DNA of 64,000 bases, taken from contig MTMF02000009.1 in assembly GCA_002011125.2 (NCBI GenBank), forward strand, positions 840,989-904,988, in the 5' to 3' direction. Of this stretch, positions 12,310-22,084 are shown piece by piece; positions within the stretch are counted from its first letter, which is position 1, and the number at the start of each line of letters is the position of its first letter. This DNA is from Candidatus Hydrothermarchaeum profundi. GTDB lineage: Archaea > Hydrothermarchaeota > Hydrothermarchaeia > Hydrothermarchaeales > Hydrothermarchaeaceae. The translations under genes and the position numbers were made by a program. The notes under the pieces were generated by a model. That model saw only the letters and a program-made list of their open reading frames with translations. It was not told the origin of the DNA and ran no database searches.

Positions 12310-13275
12310 ATGGATTTGGTTTCCTTAGCCCAAGAATTAAGGAATTACATTGGGGTAGTAAGAAAGAGGAGAATAGGAACCCTAGTAAAGGAGATCGAAA
12401 AAGTCGATAGCCCCGCGGTATTAGCAAGCTTTGGAGAAGATACAGGGGTAATAGAGCTTGGGGATAGGGCTATACTATTTTCCGCTGAGGGAATATGGGA
12501 TAAGATAGTTAAAAAGAACCCTTATTGGGCTGGTTATTGTTCTGTTATAGTTAATGTTAATGATACACTGGCTATGGGAGGAAAGCCCTTAGCAATAGTT
12601 GATGTGATAGCGTCAAGTAAAGAAGAAGTCTACTTAAAAATGGCGAGAGGATTAAAAGACGCATCAGAAAAATATGGAGTACCCATCGTGAGCGGGCACT
12701 TTCATCCAGACACAGAGTATGACATGATATCAGCAGCTATCATTGGAGAGACAGATAAGGACAGCGTGATTTACAGCCACACTGCTAGGGAGGGTGATTA
12801 TATCATAATGGCTATAGATTTGAGAGGAAAATTGCACCCTGATTTTGAGTTTAACTGGGATAGCATCACAGATAAGAGGAAGGATGAAATAAAGGGACTA
12901 ATTAGGTTGATGGAAAAGCTCGGAGAAGCTAGGCTTGTAAGCGCAGGTAAAGATATTAGCAATCCAGGAATCATAGGCACTCTAGCAATGCTTTGTGAAA
13001 CAAGCGGAGTTGGAGCAATAGTGAACATCAACAGGGTCCCTCGCCCCTTTACAATAGATATTCCTCATTGGCTAAAGGTTTACCCTGGATACGGATTCAT
13101 TTTGACAGCTAGTGAAGAAAATATTAGCCATTGTTTGAAGCTTTTCAGAGAGGAAGGAATAAATGCGGAGGTAGTAGGTAGAGTAGAAAGAGAGATGAAA
13201 GTTATAATATCCGATGGACGAAAAAAGGAGGTTGTTTTTGACCTCGAAAAGGACCGGATCACTGGGACTGTTTAA
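12310..13275 (+). CDS. PurM/AIR-synthase-like protein (methanogenesis marker 2 family)
   Basis: SFGED, VNVNDTLAMGG, GHFHPD, AGKDISNPG, YPGYGF. Confidence 0.85.
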   Translation: MDLVSLAQELRNYIGVVRKRRIGTLVKEIEKVDSPAVLASFGEDTGVIELGDRAILFSAEGIWDKIVKKNPYWAGYCSVIVNVNDTLAMGGKPLAIVDVIASSKEEVYLKMARGLKDASEKYGVPIVSGHFHPDTEYDMISAAIIGETDKDSVIYSHTAREGDYIIMAIDLRGKLHPDFEFNWDSITDKRKDEIKGLIRLMEKLGEARLVSAGKDISNPGIIGTLAMLCETSGVGAIVNINRVPRPFTIDIPHWLKVYPGYGFILTASEENISHCLKLFREEGINAEVVGRVEREMKVIISDGRKKEVVFDLEKDRITGTV

Positions 13276-13344
13276 TGGAGGAGGATAGCATATAGGATGC
13301 GAGTACAAAGTCTTAGAAGTGATAATGAGTAATGGATAGGTTTT

Positions 13345-14664
13345 TCAGCGCTCTATTACTGCGAGGAAGGTTGCTAATGGTATTATTAAAGGCTTTGTAG
13401 AGAATTTGTTTTTCGAGATTATGATAAACTCTTTCAAATTTTTAGGGCGAGAGGCTGTGAATTTATCACTCCACTTGACTTCAAATCCCTTTAAACCGTC
13501 TTCATCGTTTATGACGACATCTACTTCGCTGGAATTCCTCCAGTAGAATATGTTCTCTACAATTCCACTTAAATGCGTGGCGACTGAGGACTCTGCGAGT
13601 ATGCTTTCTCGGTTTTTCAATCTTACCATACACCACTCTTCAAATATTTCTAATAAGAGGGGGTCTATGAAATGTATTTTCTTGTTTTTTCCAAATTTTA
13701 TAGTTCTAGCGCTAATGTCTACGTGATAAAGGACGATAAGTGCGAACATAGATCGAAGCAACTCTACATATTTAGCAACAGTCTTCGGTGATTTTATCTC
13801 TATTTCCTTGGATATGCCCTCCCAGCTTACTGGTGTCTGCAATTTTTCAAGAAGGGATTTTAGGATTTCTCTTGCGATGATGTCACTTCTCCCTGATTTA
13901 AGAATCCCAGTTTTTATCCAGCTTAGATATGCTTTCTTCGCTTCCTCTTTTTCTTCTAAAGCCAAAGGAAAGCCGCCATAGTTGAAGTATTTCTCAAGAA
14001 GAGAATTAAGCTCCTTAATAAAAACCATGGCTTGGATCGATTTTTCCTCTAATTCTTCAGTTGTTATTCTTTCAACAGGGGATATCTTCTCATAAAGCTG
14101 AGGGCTCATAACTTTAATGAACTCTCTAAAGGATAAAGGGAGAAGGAGATAGTCACGTCCCTTACCTCTTCTTCCAGGAAAAAGCTCTGTCTGCCTCTTT
14201 ACACTAATACTGGTCGAGCCGGTTAAAACTACAACATCATCTTTTAGTCTCCCTCTGTCTACTAAAGATTTTATTGCCCGATACCATTCAGCAGGAGAGG
14301 TTATCTCGTCTAAGAAAATACATGAGCTTTTTATTTTTGATTTATCTTTTAGTTCTAGATAAGTCTCCAATACTTCGAGAAGTTCCTTATAATCGGCAAG
14401 CTCTTCACAGTTAAAATAAAACAGGCTTCTAGGATCTCTATCTTCAAGAAGCTTCCTAATTAACAATTTTAATGTCGTTGTTTTTCCAACTTGTCTTGGA
14501 CCAAGCAGGATATGAAGTGAAAAAGGTTCTAGCGTAATACTTCCTACTAATTCAGGTGTCCAATGATATTTCCTCTCCTTCCATTTGACAATATCGTAGT
14601 CCTCTTCTATTAATCTCTTATCCTTCCACCAGGCATTCTGTTCAACTAAGATACCTATATCCAT
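13345..14664 (-). CDS. AAA+ ATPase (AAA_14/DUF4143 type) with wHTH and C-terminal PD-(D/E)xK-like motif
   Basis: Walker A GPRQVGKTT, Walker B FLDE, TGS, GGFP, EVDVV..FEVKW; start chosen at MDIG. Confidence 0.88.
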   Translation of the reverse strand: MDIGILVEQNAWWKDKRLIEEDYDIVKWKERKYHWTPELVGSITLEPFSLHILLGPRQVGKTTTLKLLIRKLLEDRDPRSLFYFNCEELADYKELLEVLETYLELKDKSKIKSSCIFLDEITSPAEWYRAIKSLVDRGRLKDDVVVLTGSTSISVKRQTELFPGRRGKGRDYLLLPLSFREFIKVMSPQLYEKISPVERITTEELEEKSIQAMVFIKELNSLLEKYFNYGGFPLALEEKEEAKKAYLSWIKTGILKSGRSDIIAREILKSLLEKLQTPVSWEGISKEIEIKSPKTVAKYVELLRSMFALIVLYHVDISARTIKFGKNKKIHFIDPLLLEIFEEWCMVRLKNRESILAESSVATHLSGIVENIFYWRNSSEVDVVINDEDGLKGFEVKWSDKFTASRPKNLKEFIIISKNKFSTKPLIIPLATFLAVIER

Positions 14665-14666
14665 AT

Positions 14667-14717
14667 CAGTATTTAGAATACCGGTAATTAAATGTTTTTC
14701 GGTATTTAGAATACCGA
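14667..14717. promoter_or_regulatory. Tandem palindromic operator-like sites (CGGTATT-tag-AATACCG x2)
   Basis: Perfect TCGGTATT-TAG-AATACCGA at 14699-14717 and a one-mismatch copy CAGTATTTAGAATACCG at 14667-14683, 33 bp apart, just upstream of the ATPase ATG. Confidence 0.65.
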
Positions 14718-14720
14718 TAA

Positions 14721-15635
14721 TCACCACATCAACTGTAACTGATACTTTGGATGAGGCTTGAATTTCTTCTCAATGATTTCACAGGATATCTCAATATCCT
14801 CGGAAGAGGGAGCCTTCAAATAGTAAAGGTATCCTACCTTTCTAGGATTAAAACCCATTAATTTAGTACAAATAACATCACATTCTACAGGATCGCCTGC
14901 TAGCGCCATATCCCACGGCACAGGGTCTCCTCCAGTAGGACCGGCTCCTTCCATGCCCACGTAGCCGTCTATAACCCCAAGAGCCGGCTTAGAGTATTCT
15001 ATGAGGGTTACGAGGTTCTTATGGATGACTTTTGCTCCCAGTATGTACCTCTCTTTTTCTACTTCTGTTGAAGAGTACAGTTTCCTTAAGACCTTAAACT
15101 TTGATAAATGGGAGGCTACTTTCCTTATGGGTTTTATCGCCATTGCCTTTGAAAAGAGGGATACATAGCCGTGAACCTTGGTTCGATCCCTAGGATGCAC
15201 AAATCCCAGCATGTTCTTAAGGGTCAGAGTTACAATAGCATGGTCATGGGTTTTAGGCAGAGCTAATGATATAATCTGCTCTTTGGCTAGCCTTGATATT
15301 CTTACTTTCTGTGGTTGCCCATATATGTCCAGAAATTCAATTTCATTCCAATCAGAAGTATGATTAATATCCACTAAATCTATTCCATACTCCTTAGCAA
15401 TTGCTTTGTAACCTAGAGAGGAGAAGAGTTCTCCGGTATCCACTGCGCTACCCTCTGCTATAATATCTATATCTATCGAATCAACCACAGCTCTTACTGC
15501 ATCTATATGAGTAGCGGCAAGTCCCCCAGTTACCAGATTAGGCTTCAAAATAGTCTTTCGTTTAGGGAGCCTTATATTTTCAAGAACCGCTTTTATGTTT
15601 TTGTATCTTCCTAACCCTTGGCTTGCGTATATCAT
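14721..15635 (-). CDS. DUF362 family (Fe-S related) protein
   Basis: [38 protein letters not shown]. Confidence 0.85.
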   Translation of the reverse strand: MIYASQGLGRYKNIKAVLENIRLPKRKTILKPNLVTGGLAATHIDAVRAVVDSIDIDIIAEGSAVDTGELFSSLGYKAIAKEYGIDLVDINHTSDWNEIEFLDIYGQPQKVRISRLAKEQIISLALPKTHDHAIVTLTLKNMLGFVHPRDRTKVHGYVSLFSKAMAIKPIRKVASHLSKFKVLRKLYSSTEVEKERYILGAKVIHKNLVTLIEYSKPALGVIDGYVGMEGAGPTGGDPVPWDMALAGDPVECDVICTKLMGFNPRKVGYLYYLKAPSSEDIEISCEIIEKKFKPHPKYQLQLMW

Positions 15636-15913
15636 CTGAAGTATCTTATCTCGAAGCTATCAAATTCTCCCTTGTATTCCTCCCACTTAACGTCAACACG
15701 GTCAACCCTGGCATATGAGGGGCCCTTATGGCACCATTTTATTATCTCATCTACCTTTTCTTTCTCTCCCTCAAATACTGCTTCCACTCTACCATCAGGC
15801 AGGTTCCTAACCCAGCCTTTAACTCCTAATCTCACAGCCTCCTCTTTTGTATAAGCCCTGAAAAAAACTCCTTGCACTCGACCGGAGATGTATACATGAG
15901 CCCTGGTCTTCAT
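15632..15913 (-). CDS. acyP: Acylphosphatase
   Basis: [21 protein letters not shown]. Confidence 0.96.
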   Translation of the reverse strand: MKTRAHVYISGRVQGVFFRAYTKEEAVRLGVKGWVRNLPDGRVEAVFEGEKEKVDEIIKWCHKGPSYARVDRVDVKWEEYKGEFDSFEIRYFR

Positions 15914-15958
15914 ATAAGAAACAGTTTATATTTTTTAGATAAATAAAAGTTATCTACG

Positions 15959-16990
15959 ATGCAGTACTCCACTGTAGTTGAATCCCCGTTATATGAGAAG
16001 AAGGGGGACAGGGTCAAATGTGGCATTTGTGAGAGAAGGTGCATAATCCCTCCAGAGAAAAAAGGTTTTTGCAATACTAGAGTAAATATCTCAGGAAGAT
16101 TATATACCTTAGCCTATGGGGATATCAGTGCAGTAGAAAGCAGACCCATAGAGATAAAGCCTTTCTTTCATTTTTATCCAGGCTCAACTGCGCTGACCTT
16201 CTCAACTTGGGGGTGCAACTTCAGGTGCCCTTGGTGTCAGAACTGGCATTTATCTAGAGAGGAGCCAGATCCCAAGAGAGCAAACTATATCCCCCCAGAA
16301 AGGATGATAGAAATGACTGTCCAGTATGGCGATTCCGGTTTATGCGTAAGCTTTCAGGAGCCAACTATGCTTTTTGAATATTCCGTAAGCATATTCCCAA
16401 TGGCAAAATCTAGGGGGTTATACAACTGCTACGTTTCAAATGGATACCTTTCCTCCGAAGCTCTCTCAATGCTACGAAATGCAGGCATGGATGCTATTAA
16501 TATCGATATAAAAGGAGATAGAGAGGTCTACACCAAATACTGTGGGGGAATTGATGTAAACGTGGTCTGGAGGAATGCTGCTGAAGCCAAAAAAATGGGA
16601 ATGCACGTAGAGATGGTAAACCTCATAGTAACCGATGTAAACGATGACGAGGAATGCATCAACTGGATAATCAATTCACATCTTAGAAATCTCGGACCAG
16701 AGATACCACTACATTTCACTAGATATCATCCAGCTTACAAGTTTACTAAGCCCAGCACTAGTGTAGAGATTCTAGAAAATGCCTACAGCTTGGCTAAAGA
16801 TGCTGGTATTATGTACCCTTATTTGGGTAATGTTCCTGGTCATGATTTTGAAAACACGTACTGCCCTAATTGTGGAAAATTGCTGATAAAAAGAATGAGT
16901 TATACTGTGCTACGCTACGAGATAACAGAGAAGAAGAAATGCCCGAAGTGTGGTGAGAGTATACCAATCTACGGTTCTTATAGGAGGTGA
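15959..16990 (+). CDS. AmmeMemoRadiSam-type radical SAM enzyme
   Basis: CGICERRC..GFC, PIEIKPFFHFYPG, GCNFRCPWCQNW, YLGNVPG, C-terminal Zn ribbon. Confidence 0.9.
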   Translation: MQYSTVVESPLYEKKGDRVKCGICERRCIIPPEKKGFCNTRVNISGRLYTLAYGDISAVESRPIEIKPFFHFYPGSTALTFSTWGCNFRCPWCQNWHLSREEPDPKRANYIPPERMIEMTVQYGDSGLCVSFQEPTMLFEYSVSIFPMAKSRGLYNCYVSNGYLSSEALSMLRNAGMDAINIDIKGDREVYTKYCGGIDVNVVWRNAAEAKKMGMHVEMVNLIVTDVNDDEECINWIINSHLRNLGPEIPLHFTRYHPAYKFTKPSTSVEILENAYSLAKDAGIMYPYLGNVPGHDFENTYCPNCGKLLIKRMSYTVLRYEITEKKKCPKCGESIPIYGSYRR

Positions 16991-16995
16991 TAGGT

Positions 16996-18126
16996 TTAAG
17001 AGAGCAAGTGAATATTACCTACCCTCACTCTCTTAAGGTATCTCCTCGCTACTTTTAGACATTCCTCTGCTTGCTTGCGGCTCGTAGTAGGCATATCAAC
17101 CATCATATAATGAGGATAAAATGCCAGCAGGGAATAGGGTATCTCCTCGTCTAAACCAGCTATAAATTTAGCTAGCGCTCTAACCTCCTCTACGTCAACA
17201 TAACCAGGTACAAGGAGAGTGCTTGCCACTAGAAAAGGAGGGTCTCTCCTATCCCCAAATCCAGCTAGCCATTCAAAGTTTTTCAGGGTTTGAATATTAC
17301 TTGTTCCAGTGAGTGCTATATTTAAGTTCTCATTCCATGCTTTCAAATCGAATTTTATGCAGCCCCCGCTTTCTAAGGAAAGCTCTGCAGCTTTTTTTAA
17401 CATACCATGTGACATAGACCCGTTGCTTTCGAAACATATTCTTAGTATTCTACCCTCAGCTTCTCTAAGAGCTAACTCACTAGTTTTTATAGCATGAGGC
17501 ATCTGCGGAGTAGGGTCTCCACCAAAATAGCAGATACATGAGGTTTTTTCATCTACTTTGCTCGCTAGATCCCTTGCAGTAATTATAGGGCTCATCCTCT
17601 TAGTGTTCTCTCTAAAATGCCAGTTTTGGCAGAATAGACAGTCATAAGAGCATGCACCATAAAACACCGCTAGATTCTTGTACCCGTATTCTGGGCCATC
17701 TTTTGCATGTGAGTATTTAGGATACCCAGCTCCTGTGCCACCTGGACAGCACCACTCTGCGACACAGTTAGTAGGCAGGGGATCGTGGTACCATTCAGCT
17801 ATTCCTCTTTCAGGAGTTCTAGCAAGGTGTACTAGCTTGCCATTTACATTTTCTCTTAGACCGCAGTAGCCTCTGCTCCCTTCGGGTATCCTACAATCAT
17901 TAACACATAGCCCGCATCTAACGCCGTTAAAGTCTTTAGGCGGCTTAGGCGGCAAAGAGTGTCTTTTTCTACTCTCTGCGTGAATCTCTTCAACTATTGA
18001 CATTCCTCTGCCCTTTTTTATACATTGGCCGCAAACTCTTAAATGCTTAGAGATAAGGGGCGATCTACTGCCGCACTCAACACAAGTGCCCTCTTCGACA
18101 CCTAGTTTCTCCAGAAATCTAAACAT
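16996..18126 (-). CDS. Radical SAM protein (PFL-activating-enzyme-like) with N-terminal Cys motifs
   Basis: CSYDCLFCQNW, YFGGDP, DPLPTNC, VRVGNIHLL. Confidence 0.85.
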   Translation of the reverse strand: MFRFLEKLGVEEGTCVECGSRSPLISKHLRVCGQCIKKGRGMSIVEEIHAESRKRHSLPPKPPKDFNGVRCGLCVNDCRIPEGSRGYCGLRENVNGKLVHLARTPERGIAEWYHDPLPTNCVAEWCCPGGTGAGYPKYSHAKDGPEYGYKNLAVFYGACSYDCLFCQNWHFRENTKRMSPIITARDLASKVDEKTSCICYFGGDPTPQMPHAIKTSELALREAEGRILRICFESNGSMSHGMLKKAAELSLESGGCIKFDLKAWNENLNIALTGTSNIQTLKNFEWLAGFGDRRDPPFLVASTLLVPGYVDVEEVRALAKFIAGLDEEIPYSLLAFYPHYMMVDMPTTSRKQAEECLKVARRYLKRVRVGNIHLLS

Positions 18127-18159
18127 AGTATATATAGTAAAAATAACAAAAAAAGGAGT

Positions 18160-18324
18160 ATGGGGAAACCTATTAAGGACATGTTCCTTCGAATAGTTGA
18201 AGAGTGGGAGAGGAAATGGAGAGACGAGATAGGGTTTTATGATTTTCTCACCGATTACGTTGAGATCAATGACGATCAGAGAACCTTCGTTATTAAAAAG
18301 AAAAGAAGAAGGCCAGAATTCTAA
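18160..18324 (+). CDS. Putative 54-aa small protein (not in ORF track)
   Basis: MGKPIKDMFLRIVEEWERKWRDEIGFYDFLTDYVEINDDQRTFVIKKKRRRPEF*; fills the gap and abuts the next gene's stop. Confidence 0.55.
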   Translation: MGKPIKDMFLRIVEEWERKWRDEIGFYDFLTDYVEINDDQRTFVIKKKRRRPEF

Positions 18325-18932
18325 TGCTTCTTATGTCCGATAGGCATGATATATATAGGCTTATGATCGTTCGGGATCTCTAGTACATGCTGGACTTCTT
18401 TATCATAGAAGGCTCCTACCGCTACTGTCGAAAGCCCCAGAGACTCGCACTCGAGGTAGACATTTTGAGAAACATGCCCCGCTTCTGCATACACGTATCT
18501 ATGCCCTCTGTCCCCATACTTAGCCATAGTCCTCTCAAAGACAGCTGTTATTACCAACACCAGCGGCGCTTCCTCTATGAAAGATTGACCGAGAGCAGCC
18601 CTAGCCAGGCTTCTCCTCACGTCATTATCTGATATTTTTATAAGCTTATGCGGCTCTGGGAGATAGTGAAATATACCATCTTTTGTAGCTAAGTATATTT
18701 CAATAGGGTATAACGCTCCTGCAGACGGAACGGACCTTAGCTTATACCCCCATTCCTCACCGGTTATCCCCTGGGCAGCCCAGAGGATCATAGATATTTC
18801 TCCGAGGGTAATCGGTTCTTTCTTGAAACTCCTAATCGACCTTCTTCTCGAGATCGCTTCTTCTACAGCGATACCTTTAAACTTTGGAAGTGGTAGGCTA
18901 ACACTATTCAAGGATTTTTCCACTCCCACCAC
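18321..18932 (-). CDS. SagB/ThcOx family nitroreductase-like dehydrogenase
   Basis: RRRSIRSF, LWAAQG, PSAGALYP, KYGDRGHRY, EAGHVSQN, VGAF. Confidence 0.9.
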   Translation of the reverse strand: MVGVEKSLNSVSLPLPKFKGIAVEEAISRRRSIRSFKKEPITLGEISMILWAAQGITGEEWGYKLRSVPSAGALYPIEIYLATKDGIFHYLPEPHKLIKISDNDVRRSLARAALGQSFIEEAPLVLVITAVFERTMAKYGDRGHRYVYAEAGHVSQNVYLECESLGLSTVAVGAFYDKEVQHVLEIPNDHKPIYIMPIGHKKH

Positions 18933-19554
18933 AAAACCTCGTTATAATTTCTACCGCTACCTGAGCAGAATCTTTGAGATAATCCAGTGGAATACCCTTT
19001 ACTCCAGCGAGAACGAGCATAGCGTTCTCAGTGTCCTCTGTGATCTTAGTTAGCTCAGAGTCCCTGTAAGGATATATGTTCAATATTTTATCTTTGTCTG
19101 CCATTACTATCTCGCCGTTCGTTACTAGCTCTTTTCCTCCAATTCCAGTAAATTTTTCGCCTCGGGAGGTTCGAATTCTAAGTTCCCCGTTTATCTTGCT
19201 TAGATCATAGGCGCCCATAGAGATAAGCGTCAAAATGGATGCGAGATTGTAGGAATCGACGACGTTATTTATTCTCGGTATCTTCTTACCGCTGAGCACC
19301 CTTCTTAGGAGTGCCTCTGAGGAGGGTCTAATCTTAGTCGGGTCTATACCTATTCTCCAATAGAAGTCTCTATAGCTCCGTATAATGGGATTATCTTTCA
19401 AATTCTCTAAATCGAATTTCTTTTTAATTTCCTCTATTTTCTGGGACTCAAATAACTCGAATTCCTCACTAGATTTTTCTATCTTGACTCCTTCTATCTC
19501 AGCAGATACTACTCTTATGTCATATTTCTCCTTAAGTTCATCATCAACGATCAT
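18904..19554 (-). CDS. B3/B4 domain (PheRS beta-like, tRNA editing) protein
   Basis: YRDFYWRIGIDPTKIRPSSEALLRR, INNVVD, YPYRDS. Confidence 0.9.
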   Translation of the reverse strand: MIVDDELKEKYDIRVVSAEIEGVKIEKSSEEFELFESQKIEEIKKKFDLENLKDNPIIRSYRDFYWRIGIDPTKIRPSSEALLRRVLSGKKIPRINNVVDSYNLASILTLISMGAYDLSKINGELRIRTSRGEKFTGIGGKELVTNGEIVMADKDKILNIYPYRDSELTKITEDTENAMLVLAGVKGIPLDYLKDSAQVAVEIITRFCGGSGKILE

Positions 19555-19556
19555 TT

Positions 19557-20021
19557 TCAGCTAACAAAGAAGAGCTTATTTGCGAACTCAATCAAGTCTA
19601 CACCCAGATAGAGTTTTAAGATTAAGCCGGTAACAATCTGCGCTAGTAGTGCAAGTCCCCATACTTTCCAGGCTTGTAGCCAGGTGGTATTGAGATATAT
19701 CTTCAAGACGTAGATCATGGCACAAATTCCTAGAATGAATCCAAGGATACCACCCACTACAGGTATAACTGATAAAACCAAAACCACAATCCATTGGACA
19801 GCCATCACAGCTGTGGCAGTTAATAATACTTTAGTAAATGTTACTTCATAAATACCTGCGGCAGTAGCCCCGAAAAGTAGGAATAAGGTAAACAAAACTA
19901 TCATTAAAGCAAGGGTAGAAAAAAACATTAACGGATTCTCCCTCATTAGAATCAAGGGATATAAGGGCTGCATAATTATTTTTGATTTCACAATATTTAT
20001 ATTATTTTCGTGAAAATCCAA
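19557..20021 (-). CDS. Hypothetical membrane protein
   Basis: About four hydrophobic segments; true start probably downstream of the ORF-track start. Confidence 0.6.
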   Translation of the reverse strand: MDFHENNINIVKSKIIMQPLYPLILMRENPLMFFSTLALMIVLFTLFLLFGATAAGIYEVTFTKVLLTATAVMAVQWIVVLVLSVIPVVGGILGFILGICAMIYVLKIYLNTTWLQAWKVWGLALLAQIVTGLILKLYLGVDLIEFANKLFFVS

Positions 20022-20052
20022 GTCTAAAGGTTATTAATCGGAGGATAAAGTC

Positions 20053-21294
20053 TTGAAAATCGGAATAATCGGAGCAGGATTAGGTGGACTCCTTGCTGGA
20101 GTAGCGCTTCAAAAAAAAGGATTTGATGTGGTGATCTTTGAAAGACTCTCACAACCTGGGGGAAGATTCACAAACTATGAATGCAAGGGATTCCAGCTCT
20201 CTACTGGAGCACTCCATATGATACCACACGGTGAAAATGGGCCACTTGGAAGAATGCTAAAGAGTTTAGATGCAGATGTTGAAATAATACCCTCTAAGCC
20301 GGAAGGATACTTCCGGATTAATGGAGAAGACTATCTATTTACCGAGCTGAAGAGTTTGCTTTCTCTGCCTGATAGAATAAGAACGAGCCTAATTTTCACG
20401 CTCCTAAAATTTAGTAGAGGAGGAAAAGAGAGTTATCGGGAATGGTTAGAGAATAAAATTAATAACCCTCTGGTATTTCAAATAGCAGATTCTTTCTGCG
20501 GCTGGTCATTAAGCTTGTCAGCTTCAGATGTTTCTTCGAGGGAGCTTATATCTATAGCTAAGAACATTTATCGCCGGGGGGGACCTGGTATACCGCTAGG
20601 AGGATGCGGAGGAGTAACAAATGCTCTGGTTCAAGAGTTTGAGAATTTAGGTGGTAGGATAAGATATAAAGAAACGGTTAAAGGAATAATCACAGAGTCA
20701 AGAGAAGCTAAGGGTATTATCGCGAGTGAAAAGCATCAGTACGATATAATTATAAGCAATATAGGCCCAAAGGCGACGATAAGGCTTTGCGACAAAGGAT
20801 GCTTCGATGAGCTGTATATTAAAAAGATTGAGGGTATAAGAGAGGCAGCAGGTATCAAGATATCGATAGCATGTGAGAAGCCCATGCTTGGACATTCTGG
20901 TGTCCTTTTCACGCCCCAAGCTAAACGTATTGATGGGCTGAATGAAGTAACAAACGTAGATCCCTCGCTTGCACCAGAGGGTAAGCATCTACTAATGTCT
21001 CACCAATCCTTAAAGCCAGGTAAAAACATTAAAGAAGAGGTTAGACTAGCAAAAGAGGATCTTAGGAACCTATTTCCCGACTTTGATTCAGTCTGCAAAA
21101 TTTTAGCTGTGCAAGTTTATAGGGGAGGTTGGCCTGTTAATAGGGCGCCCTCTGGGGTCTATGTAGACCCAGTATCTCCTCTAAGAGGCCTATACTATGT
21201 TGGGGACGCTATCAAACCAGAAGGCTGGATGGAAACTGATGGAGTGGCAGCAGGGGCGTTAGAGGTGCTAAGAGCTATCGAAGATCAGTGGTAA
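20053..21294 (+). CDS. Phytoene desaturase-like FAD-dependent oxidoreductase
   Basis: GAGLGGLL, GGRFTN..GFQLSTGALHMIPHG, WPVNRA, YYVGD. Confidence 0.85.
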   Translation: MKIGIIGAGLGGLLAGVALQKKGFDVVIFERLSQPGGRFTNYECKGFQLSTGALHMIPHGENGPLGRMLKSLDADVEIIPSKPEGYFRINGEDYLFTELKSLLSLPDRIRTSLIFTLLKFSRGGKESYREWLENKINNPLVFQIADSFCGWSLSLSASDVSSRELISIAKNIYRRGGPGIPLGGCGGVTNALVQEFENLGGRIRYKETVKGIITESREAKGIIASEKHQYDIIISNIGPKATIRLCDKGCFDELYIKKIEGIREAAGIKISIACEKPMLGHSGVLFTPQAKRIDGLNEVTNVDPSLAPEGKHLLMSHQSLKPGKNIKEEVRLAKEDLRNLFPDFDSVCKILAVQVYRGGWPVNRAPSGVYVDPVSPLRGLYYVGDAIKPEGWMETDGVAAGALEVLRAIEDQW

Positions 21295-22019
21295 ATAATT
21301 CTGGAAAATCTTTTGGCATCTTCATCCATATATACATTGTTAAAAAGCACGTAAATCTCTTCGCTTCTAATTTCTTTACATATTTTTGATAGTCTTTGAA
21401 GTTCCTCATCGGTGTATTGGTGCTTATAGTTTATTCTATTATTTTTATATGCACCATGAAGCCTAAAGTATAAGATATTTGTCTTTATTGATGGAAGATT
21501 TAGGAGTGGGTCAACGCAGTGTACTAGTTCTAATTTATCGCACAGTTCTCTGACTATATCAGAGTTCCACTCTCCCCTAGGCTCCCACGCTAGTATCAGA
21601 TTATCTCTATCTATTGATTGGAAAAAAGTAATCATATTTTGAATATTCCTTTCGATTGGTTTAAAGCTCTTGGGGCATTGGAAAACTACGACTCTAGTGT
21701 TTAATGCTTTGCATATCTTTCTGGTCTCATCCCATGCGTTTAATACTTCATCGGTGAGTTTAAAGAATCCATATCGTTCCTTATCTTCATTATCGACCTT
21801 TATTCTTGCTTTTTTATAGGTAGGGCTTGTTGGGGGATGGGTAATAAGTTGCCATGCTTTCAATGAAAACTCAAAATCTTCAGGCGCCTTCTTCCTCCAT
21901 TTTTCTGCGGTTTCTAGTTTTGGCAAATCATAAAAAGTCTTTTGAACCTCTACCAAGTTGAAACTCTTGAAATAGGATTCCATACCCTTGGTAAATCCGC
22001 AGCAACCAACTTTTATCAT
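21285..22019 (-). CDS. DUF72 family protein
   Basis: VGCCGF, VEVQKTFY, KAWQLITH, WEPRG, YFRLHG, FNN. Confidence 0.92.
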   Translation of the reverse strand: MIKVGCCGFTKGMESYFKSFNLVEVQKTFYDLPKLETAEKWRKKAPEDFEFSLKAWQLITHPPTSPTYKKARIKVDNEDKERYGFFKLTDEVLNAWDETRKICKALNTRVVVFQCPKSFKPIERNIQNMITFFQSIDRDNLILAWEPRGEWNSDIVRELCDKLELVHCVDPLLNLPSIKTNILYFRLHGAYKNNRINYKHQYTDEELQRLSKICKEIRSEEIYVLFNNVYMDEDAKRFSRIIYH

Positions 22020-22084
22020 ATTATTTTTTAGTAAGACTTCATGGATAGTAAATTTTATCTATTCACATAGTATATTAAAAGCGG

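Noticed and set aside
14667-14717. Possible mini CRISPR array
   Set aside because: Only two 17-19 bp units with a 14-16 bp spacer and no cas genes; too short for CRISPR
14665-14727. N-terminal extension [21 protein letters not shown] of the AAA+ ATPase
   Set aside because: The repeated peptide is just the translation of the tandem DNA palindromes; ATG at 14664 is the more plausible start
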